Shown: positions 36,773 through 50,177, counted from the stretch's first letter. The stretch is DNA of 64,000 bases from Malacoraja senta (GCA_038087875.1 CM075995.1:7504001-7568000), one strand, 5' to 3'. Notes: generated from the letters alone by a model not told the origin. Numbers and translations: made by a program.

Positions 36773-39700
36773 GAAGTTTAGTTTAGTTTATTGTCACTTA
36801 TACTGAGGTGCAGTGAAAAGATTTTTTGTTCCGTGCTAAACCAGTCAGCGGAAAGACAATACATGATTACAATTGAGTCGTCCACAGTCCACAGATACAT
36901 GATGAAGGGACTAACATGAATAACGTTTAGTGCACGGCAGAGCCAGTAAAGGTCCGATCAAACATAGTCCGAGGGTCACCAATGAGGTGGATAGTAGTTC
37001 AGGACCTCTGGTTGTGGTAGGATGATTCAGTTGCCTGATAATAGTTGGGAAGAAACCGTCCCTGAATCAGGAGGTGTGCGTTTTCACACTCTATACCTTT
37101 TGTCTGATGCGAGAGAAATGGATGGTGCATGCGGAGTTATAGGAGCAAAATTAGGCCATTCGGCCCATCAAGTCTACCCCACCATTCAATCATGGCTGAC
37201 CTGTCTTTCCCTCTCAGCCCCATTCTCCCGCCTTCTCCATGCCTACCAAAGTTTACCCCACACACCAGCCACTATCCTACGCACTAGGGACAAATTACAA
37301 TTTACCCGAAGCCAATTAACATATAAACCTGTACTGCTTTGGACTGTGGGAGAAACCGGAGTACCCGGAGAAAACCCACACGGTCCCAGGGAGAACGTAC
37401 AGACCGCACCCATAGTCGGGATCGAACCCTGGTCTCTACCGCTGCACCATCTTGCGACTCCTTCAGCAATGCTGTTTATTCTCTTTTTAATACAGCGGGG
37501 AAACAGGCCCTTCAGCCCACCTTGCACATGCTAACCAAGGTGTTCATCAGTTCATAGCCACAGGACTCAAGGCCTGAGCTATAGGGAGCGGTTGAGCAGG
37601 CAAGGACTCTATTCCTTGAAACACTGGAGGATGAGGGTGTCAGGTTTTATAGGGAGAAGGCGGGAGAATGGGGTTGAGAGGGAAAGATAGATCAGCCATG
37701 ATGAATGGTGGGGTAGACTTGATGGGCCGAATGCCTAATTTTGCTCATATAACTTCTTGAACATGGATCTTATGGAGGTGTACAAATCATGAGAGGTATA
37801 GACTGGGTAGACAGCACAGAGTCTCTTGTCCAGAGTAGGAGAATCGAGAACCAGAGGACATCGTTTTAGGTGAGGAGATTTAATAGGAATCTGAGGGGTA
37901 ACTTTTTCACGCAGAGGGTGGTGGGAGTATGGAACGGGTTGCCAGAGGAGATAGTCAAGGCAGGGACTTTCGCAACATTTAAGAAACATTTGGACAGGTA
38001 CATGGATAGGACAGGTTTAGAGGGATATGGGCCAAACGCAGGCAGGTGGGACTAGTGTAGAGTGGGGCATGTTGGCAGGTGTGCGGGCAAGTTGGGCTGA
38101 TGAGCCTGTTTCCATGACTATGATTTCCAGGAGCAGAATTAGGCCATTCGGCCCATCAAGTCTACCCTTCTATTCAATCATGCCCGCAGCCCGTTCCATA
38201 TACCCACCACCCTTTATGTAAAAAAGTTTCCGCTCAGTTTCCTAGAGTCATAGGAGGTGGAAACGGACCATCCATTTCTTCTCATCAGACAAAAGGTACA
38301 GAAGTGTGAAACGCACACCTCCCTGATTCAGGGAGGTTTTCTTCCCAACTATTATCAGGCAACTGAATCATCCTACCACAAACCAGAGGTCTGAACTACC
38401 ATCTACCTCATTGGTGACCCTCGGACTATGTTTGATCGGACTTTACTGGCTCTGCCGTGCACTAAATGTTATTCATGTTATTCCCTTTCATCATGTATCT
38501 GTGGACTGTGGACGACTCAATTGTAATCATGTGTTGTCTTTCCACTGACTGCTTAGCACGGAACAAAAAATCTGTACCTCGGTACACGTGACAATAAACA
38601 AAACTCAACTAGAAGAGTCTCGACCCAAATCGTCACCTATCCATGTCCTCCACAGATGCTGCCTGACCCGCTGAGTTACTCCAGCACTCGGCAAAACGTC
38701 ACCTATCCATGTTCTTCTCCACAGATGCTGCCTGACCCACTGAGTTACTCCACCACTCTGTGAAACGTCACTTATCCATGTTCTCCACAGATGCTGCCTG
38801 ACCCGCTGAGTTACTCCAGCACCCTGTGAAATGTCACCTATCCATGTTCCCCACAGATGCTGCCTGACCCGCTGAGTTACTCCAGCACAATGGGCTTGCC
38901 CCCACCTACATTAAAAGTCTTCTCACCCACCACTCCACCTCCAGGTCCCTCAGATCGGCCGACTTGGGTTGCTGAATGTCCCGCGGTCCAGGCATAAGCT
39001 CAGGGGCGACTGCGCTTTTGCGGTTGCAGCCCCGTAGACTGTGGAACAGCATCCCCCTTCCATCAGAACTGCCCCCTCCATCGACTCCTTTAAGTCGAGA
39101 CTGATTCCTGGGATGTCAGGACTTTCATATGAAGAAAGATTGGATAGACTTGGCTTATACTCGCTAGAATTTAGGAGATTGAGAGGGGATCTTATAGAAA
39201 CGTACAAAATTCTTATGGGGTTGGACAGGCTAGATGCAGGAAGATTGTTCCCGATGTTGGGGAAGTCCAGGACAGGGGTCACAGTTTAAGGATAAGGGGG
39301 AAATCCTTTAAGACCGAGATGAGAAAAAACGTTTTCACACAGAGAGTGGTGAATCTCTGGAACTCTCTGCCACAGAGGGTAGTTGAGGCCAGTTCATTGG
39401 CTATATTTAAGAGGGGAGTTAGATGTGGCCCTTGTGGCTAAGGGATCAGGGGGTATGGAGAGAGGCAGGTACGGGATACTGAGTTGGATGATCAGCCATG
39501 TTCATATGAATGGCGGTGCCGTCGAAGGGCCGAATGGCCTACTCCTGCACCTTTTTCTATGTATCTATGTATCTATGAGACTAAAAACTTATCTGTACTC
39601 CCAAGCCTTTCCTGACGTCTCTGAGCGAGGGCTACATGTATATGTATGTAGTTTGTTTTGTTTGTGCTATTCTTATAACAAATGTAAGCACTTTGGCCAA

Positions 39701-40385
39701 CGAGAGTTGTTTTTTTAAATGTGCTATATAAATAAATGTGACTGACCTGACTTGACTTGAGCACCCAGTGTCTATCTGCAGTTACTAACCAAATATACTA
39801 GAGGAGCTCCCCTTGTATCTTTTGCTTATAACCCTCCCTAGTCGCCTGCGTCACTGGGAGAGCTGTCATTTCACACAGAGATGCATTTGAGCAGCTCGCA
39901 GCTCGGTGAGAGACCCGGAGTGAGAGAGAGACAGAGAGAGAGACACAGAGAGAGAGACACAGAGAGAGAGACACAGAGAGAGAGACACACAGAGGGAGAG
40001 AAATGCAGACAAGGGGTGGGCACGGCTACGAGGAATTGTGACCTTGTGCAGCGAGGAGTGTGGTGGATCTGAAAGAGAACACACACACACACACCACATT
40101 CGTTCCCAAGAGCTGACTGACTGTGAGCGGCTGGGGTTATAGGAAGGGTTTTGCATTGAGAAAGGTTAAGGTCTCGACCCGAAACGTTGCTGTTTTCCCT
40201 TCGGGGTCTGAAGAAGGGTCTCGACCCGAAACAGTCGCCTCTACTTTCTTCCTTCTCTCCACAGATGCTGCTGCACCCGCTGAGTTTCTCCAGCATTTTT
40301 GTCGACCAAGGTTAGATAGATGCGTCCTCTTTCGCCGATTCTCTCTGCCGGTAAGACAGAAGCGCCTCTTCCAAAAACAAAACCC

Positions 40386-41156
40386 ATGCCCATCCAGAAG
40401 ATGCGAGTTGCAGATGACGCCACTGCTACCGGGGCCAGGCGAGAGACGAGTGCAAGGCGCTGGTGTCCTCCTTGAACAAGCTGACCGGCTGCTACCGACA
40501 CCTGGCCACGGGGGTCGGCGGCTCCTCGGACTCGCTGGAGCTGCGGGACGGGTTGAGGAAGACCGGGGAGATGACCCAAGGCTTGGCCGTGGCGAGGTGA
40601 GCAACAAACTGACGGCGGTTCTGCGGGACAAGTCGCTGGCGGCCGGGGAGGAGAGGGCGGAGATGGAGAGGCTGTGGGTCAGCTTCTGCTCCAGCCTGGA
40701 GCTCTTCCAGGTGGACATGTCCAAGGTGCTGGAGCTGGGGCTGGGCTTCCCCCTGGCCGGGAGGTGCCTGGTCCAAACCGGGGTGTGTGGAGACGCCTCG
40801 GAGGTGGCTGCCCGGGCGTTGAGCGTTCAGGAGGACATCTCCTTGGCCCCTTGCAGCAGCAGCAGCACCGTGGTGGGGCAGGAGGAGCTGAGGGAGCAGA
40901 TCGAGAAGGTGGACAGGATGGTGGAGAACATGGAGATGAAGGTCAAACGTCCTCCGCTGGACGGTGGAGTCCAAGGGGGACGCCTCCTACCTGTCGGCTC
41001 TCAGCAACGACGCCTCGTCGGTGGCCCTGCTCTCGGTGGACGAGGAGAGCCGGGGCAGGTGGTGGTGGTGGTGGTGGTGCTGTGGCCGGGGGAAGGTGCC
41101 TCGGATCCGTCCTCTTCTGCACCGCTGCGCTCGCAGCCGTGGTACTCTCGCTGTGA
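40386..41156 (+). CDS. RGS9BP: RGS9-binding protein (R9AP)-like single-exon gene, frameshifted in this sequence
   Basis: Stitched translation: MPIQKMRVADDATATG / QARDECKALVSSLNKLTGCYRHLATGVGGSSDSLELRDGLRKT / SNKLTAVLRDKSLAAGEERAEMERLWVSF...LVQTGV...VAARALSV...VENMEMKV / NVLRWTVESK... / LGSVLFCTAALAAVVLSL*. This matches R9AP motifs and ends in a C-terminal TM anchor. The N-terminal extension suggests the non-mammalian paralog. Confidence 0.9.
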
Positions 41157-41242
41157 GTCGCCGTGAGTCGCCCGCCGCTCGCCGCGAGTCGCCCGCCGCT
41201 CGCCGTGAGTCGCCCGCCGTTCGCCGTCAGTCGCCGCTCGCC
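41150..41242 (+). repeat. ~21-bp GC-rich minisatellite (GCCGTGAGTCGCCCGCCGCTC) starting at the RGS9BP-like stop codon
   Basis: About 4 copies, seen directly. Confidence 0.85.
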
Positions 41243-43190
41243 TTTGACTCTCTCTTGAGCAACCCCACACTCGCCCTCATTCACCCCGAAGAGGTGCCAC
41301 ACCAGCAGGACCACCCCCGGACTTGTGCCACCCCCCCGGACACCAAGCCGCGCAGAAATGGAGATAAGACAAACTTCCTTTTTGAGTTGTACAGTCATTT
41401 TTGTTATGGAGCCTTCGGCCCAACTTTGCCACACCGGCCAACATGCCCCAGCTACACTAGCCCACCTGCCTGCGCTTGGTCCATATCCCTCCAAACCTGT
41501 CTATCCATGTACCTGTCCAACTGTTTTTAAACATTGTGATATTACCAGCCTCAACTACCTCCTCCGGCATCTCGTTCCATGCACCCACCACCCTTTGTGT
41601 TAAAAGGTTACCCCCTCCGGGCTCCTGTAAAATCTACCCCCTCTGCCTTAAACCTATGTCCTCTGGTTCTCGATTCCCCTACTTCTGGGCAAGAGACTCT
41701 GTGCGTCTACCCGATCTATTTCCTCCATGATTTATACACCTCTAAAGATCACCCCTCATCCTCCTGCACTCCAGGGAATAGAGTCCCAGCCTGCTCAACC
41801 TCTCCCTGTAGCTCAGACCCTCGAGTCCTGGCAACATCCTGGTAAATCTTCTCTGCACCCTTTCCAGCTTGACAACATCTTTCCTATAATGTGGTGCCCA
41901 GAACTGAACACAATGCTCAACTTGTGACCTCACCAACATCATATATAACTGTAACATGACCTCCCAACCTCTCTCATCACTACTCTGACTGATGAAAACT
42001 GGATGCACTTGCATTCAGTTTAAATATTGTCACAGCAACAAAAGTTAAATGCAAAAATAGGACACCAAGTGCTGGATTAACGCAGTGGTTCAGGCAGCAT
42101 CTCTGCACGACATGGATAGAAGTCTGAAGAAGGGTCCCAACCTGAAACGTCATCTATACCTTCTGAACCTTGTGAATTTTGTAGTCGGCAGGGCAGTACT
42201 CTGCATATCGCCAACTTGGACAATTTTACCTTTTTATCAAGCCAATTAATCAAGCCAATTAACCTACAAACCTGTACGTCTTTGGAGTGTGGAGGAAACC
42301 GAAGATCTCGGAGAAAACCCACGCAGGTCACGGGGAAAACGTACAAACTCCATACAGACAGCACCCGTAGTCGGGATCGAACCCGGGTCTCTGGGGCTGC
42401 ATTTTGCTGTAAGGCAGCAACTCTACCGCTGTGCCACCATGACCACCTATACATGTTTTCCAGAGTTGCTGCCTGGCCTGCTGAGTTACTCCAGCACTTT
42501 GTGTCTATCATTGGTACAAACAGTTCTTTGTTTCGACGCGGGTAGGTGACGTTTCGGTTCGAGACCCTTCTTCATAAGGGGCATCTTGGACAAGTCGGGC
42601 CGAAGGGCCTGTTTACCTGCTGTATGACTCTATGAATCTATGAAGAAGGGTCAGTCTGAAGAAGGGTCCTGACCCAAAATGTCACCTATCCATGTTCTCC
42701 AGAGATGCTGGCCAAACCTGCAGAGTTACTCCAGCACTTTGTGCCCTGTTGTACATTAACCAGCATCTGCAGTTCTTTGTTTCTATACGCTGAATGTTAA
42801 ATATAACTAGTTTCTAACCAGAGTAATGGAAACAGCATTTCAAAGTTCAAAACAGTTTTGGAGAGGTTGTTTGTATATATTTTTTAATGATCAATTCTCC
42901 CCATATGAATGAATCAATCATTTTTAAAAATGTATCAAAGTGTTTGATAATATAGAATTTTTAAATGTTTATAATTGTTTTTGAATTCATCTTTCCACTG
43001 GCATTTATCTTTTGCAATACTCCACAGTTTGAATTAAACAATGTAAATTAAGAATATGAAAAAATATTTAATGTAGGGACTGAAGTATGAATAGTCATAC
43101 AGCGGAAACAGGCCCTTTGTCCCAACTCGTGTAAAGAGTTTCAAAAACACAGCAGCGTTCCACCATTACATCACAATGGGATCCCATTTA

Positions 43191-43397
43191 AGGGCCTGTC
43201 CCACTTGGCCATTTTTTCGGCGACTGCCGGCATCATTGACTGACGTATCAGGTCACCGAAAAATTCACGGCGTGATGACGTATCGACGCGCGGTGTTTTT
43301 TCAAGTGTCGCTGGATTTTGAAATGTTCGAAACCTTTTGCCGACCCCGATATGAGGCCGTCAGTCGCCGAAAAAAATCGCTAAGTGGGACAGGCCCT
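43191..43397. mobile_element. PIF/Harbinger-type MITE
   Basis: TIR AGGGCCTGTCCCACTT, flanks TTA/TCA. Confidence 0.75.
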
Positions 43398-43409
43398 TCA
43401 CATTAAATA

Positions 43410-44191
43410 AAATCCTCTGTTTTAAAAAACACAGCAGCTTCCACCTCACAATGACGTCAAGGGGGGTAGGGAGGGGGAGAGGGGTTATGGAGAGAGGGAG
43501 GGAGTGACTGAGTGTGGGGGAAAGGTGAGGGAGGGAGAGGGGGAGGGGAGGAGGAGCGGGGAAAGAAGAGGGAGGGTGAAGAGGAGGGGGAGGGAGTGCT
43601 GGGGGATATGGGGGAATGGAGGAGGATAGGGGATAGGAAGAAGGAATGGCGTGACGCAGTTGGGGGAGGGTTGCCGTGACTCGCGTCACAACGGGGATCT
43701 CTGGCGTCACATCGGGAACCCGTCAGCCGCGCCTGCGCAGTTGGGGGCTATGGGTGAGTGGTGGAATATTGCGTTCGGGGACCAGCCCTCCCGTGCGACA
43801 GCGACCCAACGGGTCCCACTTGGTCTATATATTACTAAAACTCTCATCTTGTATATATATTTGTATATATATATATATATATGTGCCCGAAATACAGCCA
43901 AAACGGTACACGATAGCGCAACAATTTTAGGCCCACCTTACTCACCATTCGCCTGGGGTGTGCAGTGGCAAGTTTCATTTGATTTGACAACGTAATACCA
44001 AACTTGTATTTTACTTAATACCGTTAACTGCGCTCCCACTTGCCGGGCACGTCAGCCACGCCTGCGCAGTTGGGGGAAGCTTGCCGGGCCGAGATCGCCA
44101 TTTTTTACTGAACATGGCCTCGTGTATGGATGAGTGGTGGAATATTGCGTTGGGGGAGGGGGACCCAACGGGTCCGCGCATCGTCCACTAA
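43410..44191 (+). mobile_element. Two adjacent non-autonomous Helitron-like elements (junction about 43824)
   Basis: Both end with a GACCCAACGGGTCC hairpin followed by CTA(R). The second begins TCTATATATTACTAAAA. Both share GCGCCTGCGCAGTTGGGGG...GTGGTGGAATATTGCGTT. Confidence 0.55.
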
Positions 44192-47100
44192 TCTTCTGAA
44201 CCTTTCCTATCCATGTACCTGACCAATAGACAATAGGTGCGGGAGTAGGCCATTCGGCCCTTCGATCCAGCACCGCCATTCACTGTGATCACGGCTGATC
44301 ATCCCCAATCAGGACCCCGTTCCTGCCTTCTCCCCATATCCCCTGACTCCGCTATCTTTAAGAGCCCTATCTAGCTCTCTCTTGAAAGTATCCAGAGAAC
44401 CGGCCTCCACCGCCCTCTGAGGCAGAGAATTCCACAGACTCACAACTCTCTGTGTGAAAAAGTGTTTCCTCATCTCATTTCTAAATGGCTAACACCTTAT
44501 TCTTAAACTGTGGCCCCCTGGATCTGGACTTCCCCCAACATCGGGGACATGTTTCCTGCCTCTAGCGTGTCCAAACCAAATGTCTTTTAAATGGTACTAG
44601 AGTACCTACCTCAACTACCTCTTCTAGCAGCTCAATCCATGCACCCATTACCCTCTCTCTGAAAAAGTTGCCCCTCAGGTTCCTATTATGAAATCATATT
44701 TTATTTCCCCCCAGTAAATTAAACCCCTCAAATACCCACCATTCTCTTTTCTTTCCCCTCACACCTTCGAATTATGCCCTCTTGATTCCCCTATCCTGGG
44801 GAAAAAAAACACTATTAAACAGCATCACTGCCGGGACGGCATAGTTGTGCAGCGGTGGAGTTGCTGCCTTACAGCGCCAGAGTCCCAGGTTCGATCCTGG
44901 CTACGGGTGCTGTCTGCACGGAGTTTGTACCTTCTCCCCGTGACCACGTGGGTTTTCTCCGGGTGCTCCGGTTTCCTCCCACGCTCCAAAGACATGCAGG
45001 TTTGTAGGTTAATTGACTTCAGTAAATTGTAAATGGCCCCTAGTGTGTAGGCTGGTGCTCGTGTACGGGTGATCGCTGGTCGGCACGGAGCTGGTGGGCC
45101 GAAGGGCCTGTTTCCTTCGCTGTATCTCTAAAGTCTAAAGTAAAAGCCAGAAAGGGTTTTTAAATGTTTATAGTATTGACGGTGAATATAGAAAAAAAAG
45201 ATGCTAACTTTGTACCTACAGTCAATATTAAATTGGAAACATAACCCGTGTTTGTCTTTTATACATATAAAAATATGCCACAGATATGGGCAGGTTTGTA
45301 TGATGTTCAATGCAATGCCTGAAAGAGTGATGGAAAAAGATTCAATTGAAACTTTCACAAAGATGATTTGCTGTATCTCAGGAAAGCAATAACAAAAGGC
45401 AAGGCTACCGATTCACTTGTTCAGATCGCAGATGCAGCATAACTCTCCTCCTTTTGGGAAGATTTTGCCATAAATTGGTTAGTAAGATAGACAATAAACA
45501 ATAGACAATAGGTGCAGAAGGAGGCCATTCGGCCCTTCGAGCCAGCACTGCCATTCAATGTGATCATGGCTGATCATCCCCAATCGGTTCCCCGTTCCTG
45601 CCTTCTCCCCATATCCCCTGACTCCGCTATCTTTAAGAGCCCTGTCTAGCTCTCTCTTGAAAGTATCCAGAGAACCTGCCTCCACTGCCCTCTGAGGCAG
45701 AGAATTCCACAGACTCACCACTCTCTGTGTGAAAAAGTGTTTCCTCGTCTCCGTTCTAAATGGCTTACCCCTTATTCTTAAACTGTGGCCCCTGGTTCTG
45801 GACTCCCCCAACATCGGGAACATGGTGTTAAAGAAGGAACTGCAGATGCTGGAAAATCGAAGGTACACAAAAATGCTGGAGAAACTCGGCTTCGGCCCGA
45901 AACGTTGCCTATTTCCTTCGCTCCATAGATGCTGCTGCACCCGCTGAGTTTCTCCAGCATTTTTGTGTACCATCGGGAACATGGTTCCTGCCTCTAGCGT
46001 GTCCAAACCCTTAATAATCCTATATGTTTCAATAATGTTATCCCACCTTTGCATCCACTCCCGACAAACTCGGGGGGGGAAATTTAAAGACGGGCAATTA
46101 ACTTACAGACCTGTACGTCCTTTGGATATGGGAGGAAATCGGAGCACCCGGAGGAAACTCCCCTAGTCAGGATCGAACCCGGGTCCCTGGCGCAGTGAGG
46201 CAGCAATTCTACTGCAACTCCACCGTGCCAACCAGCGATCACCCCGTACACTAGCACTATCCTACACGTTGTGGGGCAATTTACAATTCTACTGAAGCCA
46301 ATTAACCTCCAAACCTGCACGTCCTTGGAGTGTGGGAGGTAACTGGAGCTGGTAAGGAACAGCAGAATTAGGCCATTCGGCCCATCAAGTCGACTCCGCC
46401 ACGCAATCATGGCTGATCTATCTCTCCCTCTCAACCCCATTCTCCTGCCTTCTCCCCATAACCTGCGTCACTTGTACTAATCAAGAATCTATTTATCTCT
46501 GCCTTAAAAATATCCACTGACTTGGCCTCTGCAGCCATCTGTGGCAACGAATTCCACAGAAGGGCATCAAAGGTTATGGGGAGAATGGGGTTGAGAAAGG
46601 GCAGGAGAATGGGGTTGAGAAAGTAAAATAGATCAGCCATGATCGAATGGCGGAGCAGACTCGATGGGCCAAATGGTCCGATTCAGCTCGTATGCTTTAT
46701 GGTCTAGTCAGACAATAGACAATAGACAATAGGTGCAGGAGTAGGCCATTCGGTCCTTCGAGCCAGCACCGCCATTCAATGTGATCATGGCTGATCATCC
46801 CCAATCAGTACCCCGTTCCTGCCTTCTCCCCATATCCAGAAATAGACTTTCCAGACTATTTCACACCGAGTGATCATCAACATTGCAGACTAGGAATATT
46901 CCAAGAAATGGTTAAGACTCTTCCACCAGTGGGGAAAGCCTCGGATCAGAGGGCACAGCCTCAGGATAAAAGAAAGTACCTTTAGGAAGGAGATGAGGAG
47001 GTATTTCTTGACTGTGGTGAATCTGTGAAATCCCCACAATGGTCGCCTGTGGAGGCCAAGTCAATGGGTATGTTTAAAGTGGGGGGATTGACAAATTCTT

Positions 47101-47269
47101 GATTAGTACGGGTGTCAGGGCTTACGGGGAGAAGGCAGGAGAACGGGGTTGAGAGGGAGAGATAGATCAGCCATGATTGGATGGCGGAGTAGACTCGATG
47201 GGCCGAATGGCCTAATTCTACTCCTATAACTAACGTAATGAGCTTATAAATAATTTTTATAATTAATAG

Positions 47270-48240
47270 TCAAGTCAAGTGAGTTTATTGTCATGTGTCC
47301 CTGGTAGGACAATGAAATTCTTGCTTTGCTTCAGCACAACAGAACATAGTAGGCATTGACTACAAGGCATTCTATAAATATATACACAATGGTCAATATA
47401 CTGATAAAGTGCAAATAACAGTATTGGCTAATAAAGTTCAGTGTTATGTCCGAGCCAGGTTTGATAGCCTGATGGCTGTGGGGAAGTAGCTGTTGCTGAA
47501 CCTGGTCGTTGCATTCTTCAGGCTCCTGTACCTTCTACCTGAAGGTAGTAGGGAGATGAGTGTGTGGCCAGGATGGTGTGGGTCCTTGATGATACTGCCA
47601 GCCTTTTTGAGGCAGCGACTGCGATAGATCCCCTCGATGGAAGGGAGGTCAGAGCCGATGATGGAGTGGGCAGTGTTTACTACTTTTTTGTAGTCTTTTC
47701 CTCTCCAGGGCGCTCAAGTTGCCGAACCAAGCCACGATGCAACCAGTCAGCATGCTCTCTACTGTGCACCTGTAGAAGTTAGAGAGAGTCCTCCTTGACA
47801 AACCGACTCTCCGTAATCTTCTCAGGAAGTAGAGGCGCTGATGTGCTTTCTTAATAATGGCATTAGTGTTCTCGGACCAGGAAAGATCTTCAGAGATGTG
47901 CACGCCCAGGAATTTGAAGCTCTTGACCCTTTCAACCATCGACCCGTTGATATAAACGGGACTGTGGGTCCCCATCCTACTCCTTCCAAAGTCCACAATC
48001 AGTTCCTTGGTTTTGCTGGTGTTGAGGGCCAGGTTATTGTGCTGGCACCATATGGACAGTTGCTCGATCTCTCTTCTATACTCTGACTCATCCCCATCAG
48101 TGATACGTCCCACAACAGTGGTGTCATCAGCGAACTTGATGATGGAGTTCGCACTATGACCGGCTACGCAGTCATGAGTATAGAGTGAGTACAGCAGGGG
48201 GCTGAGCATGCAGCCTTGAGGTGCTCCCGTGCTGATTGCG
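47270..48240 (-). mobile_element. Rex1/Babar LINE RT and 3' end; further copies at about 60100-60935 -, 61255-61660 -, 7990-8355 -, 19133-19495 +, 21160-21485 -
   Basis: STGAPQGCMLSPLLYSLYTHDC, IIKFADDTTVVG, LNTSKTKELIVDF, FKFLGVHISEDLSW and KAHQRLYFLRRL. Confidence 0.9.
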
Positions 48241-48519
48241 ATGGATGCAATTACGTGTAGGTCGATGACACAGTAGGTAATTAGAACATAGATAATAGGC
48301 CATGCAGGCACAGGCATTGGGAGCTGAAGGACCTGCTCCTGCCCTATGCACCCGTAGTCGGGATCGAACCAGGGTCTACCGCTGCACCACCGTGACCGCC
48401 CTGTTCTATGTTCTATGTGAAACAGATTAGTTGGGAATTTAAATGTAGAAATTTTTTCCCTCCCAGTATTTTTCTCCATTTAATTAGATCATGACCCGCA
48501 CCTTATATTATCTGTCTTT

Positions 48520-49035
48520 TTTTTAAATGTTCATTTTATTAGAAGCGATTGTACAAGAATAAAACAATCAGAATAACAATTATACAATTTTCGTACAGCT
48601 TCATTTTTAACATTTTATAAATTGTTAAGTGAATCGGGAAAAAAAAGTAAAAAGGAAAGTGAAGGGAAAGAAGAACAATACAAAAAAGAGAGAAGAAAAG
48701 ACCCCTGAACTGCCGAAGAAGTGAGAGACAAAAAAAGAAGACAGAGATATGTACCACTATCCTCCCCCCCACCCCCTCGCCCATCCTAAGCGTCAGTTTT
48801 AAATTTGTGTTCGATCATTCTATTGTTGAAGAAATTCAGTGAAAGGAGACCATGTTTTGGAGAATTGGTCTGATTTATCAGCCAAAACAAGCCTTATTTT
48901 TTCTAAATGTAGTGTCTCGGTCATTTCTGTAATCCACATCTTCACTGTGGGAACTGTTATCTTTTTCCAGAATTTGAGTATGTTTTTTCGCGGTTATTAA
49001 GCCGTAGTCAAGGAAACATCTTTGAAATGTCGCGA
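48520..49035 (-). mobile_element. Old L1 3' end; another at about 23330-23755 +
   Basis: LDYGLITAKK and MTETLHLEKI resemble the L1 ORF2 end, followed by a pyrimidine-rich 3'UTR, CTTCTAATAAA and an A tail. Confidence 0.7.
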
Positions 49036-49351
49036 TTTGTGAGCAAAAAATTGTGGCTATGATCTGAATGCACAGAGCTTGCAATGCCGGAGACCCGGGT
49101 TCGAACCCGACTACGGGTGCTGTCTGTACGGAGTTTGTACGTTCTCCCCGTGACCCGCGTGGGTTTTCTCGGAGATCTTCGGTTTCCTCGGAGATCTCCG
49201 GTTTCCTCCCGCACTCCAAAGACGTGCAGGTATGTAGGTTAATTGGCTTGGTGTATGTGTAAAATTGTCCCGCGTGTGTGTTGGACGGTGTTAATGTGCG
49301 GGGATCGCTGGTCGGTGCCGAAGGGTCTGTTTCCGCGCTGTATCTCCAAAG

Positions 49352-50110
49352 CAGAGTTTCTCAACCGGGGTTCCCCGGAACGCTGGGGTTCCGCGTGAGG
49401 TTCCGAGAGAAATAGTGATAAATAGGCTAATCATATGTAAATGCATTTTTGAGTGATTTTTGTGTTTAATTTCATATTTCGTAATTTTATTATACACGTA
49501 CGGCATATTTAGCGACATCTATTTAGCAACGTCATATTTAGCGCAGTGTGAAGCGGCCTTTAGTGGTCAGTGGACAGGATACGTGACGGATTCGTGTATC
49601 ATCAAGTGACTCACTCACGTACTGTCTGTGCGTCCTGGCATGCAGGTACAGTCTCTCATTCACCCACGTTATTTAGTCATTTTTACCCATCATTTAGGGA
49701 TATTATATGAATTTAATTTTTTAAAATATATTTATGTTTATTAGTGTTAGTTTATCAAAATTTTATTTATGTATGTTTTTGTTTATGAAAAGTTTCTGTG
49801 TGTTGTTTTCTCTCTCTCTTTGCCTCTCTCTCTCCTCCTAGTTCTTCTGTTTGCCTTTATTTGCTTCAGATTTGAACGAGCAGTTTGATTTCAGTTTTTT
49901 TTTTGCATTGTCAATAAACTTGAGAAATTCGTAAGTTATCTTTTGCTTAAACCAGTTATGAGAAACATATATTATGTTTGCCTTATGAACTTTATGAAAG
50001 AGAAAGAAAGAGATTAATGAAGATATATAATCATTTTTATGTCGGGGGTTCCCTGAGACATGAAAATCATTTCAAGGGTTCTGCAAGGGTAAAAAGGTTG
50101 GGAAACGCGG
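49352..50110. mobile_element. hAT (Charlie-like) non-autonomous DNA transposon
   Basis: TIRs CAGAGTTTCTCAACC / GGTTGGGAAACGCGG, subterminal GGGGTTCC and a degenerate 8-bp TSD CTCCAAAG / CTCTGAAG. Inserted in a SINE tail. Confidence 0.75.
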
Positions 50111-50177
50111 CTCTGAAGCATGTATTCACACACCGAGTCCTCGTCGACCAGCAATCCCCGTACACTCGGAACAATTA

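Noticed and set aside
40123..41166. 347-aa ORF as the true protein
   Set aside because: It starts in Penelope repeat sequence. Only about 40594-40945 is in the RGS9BP-homologous frame.
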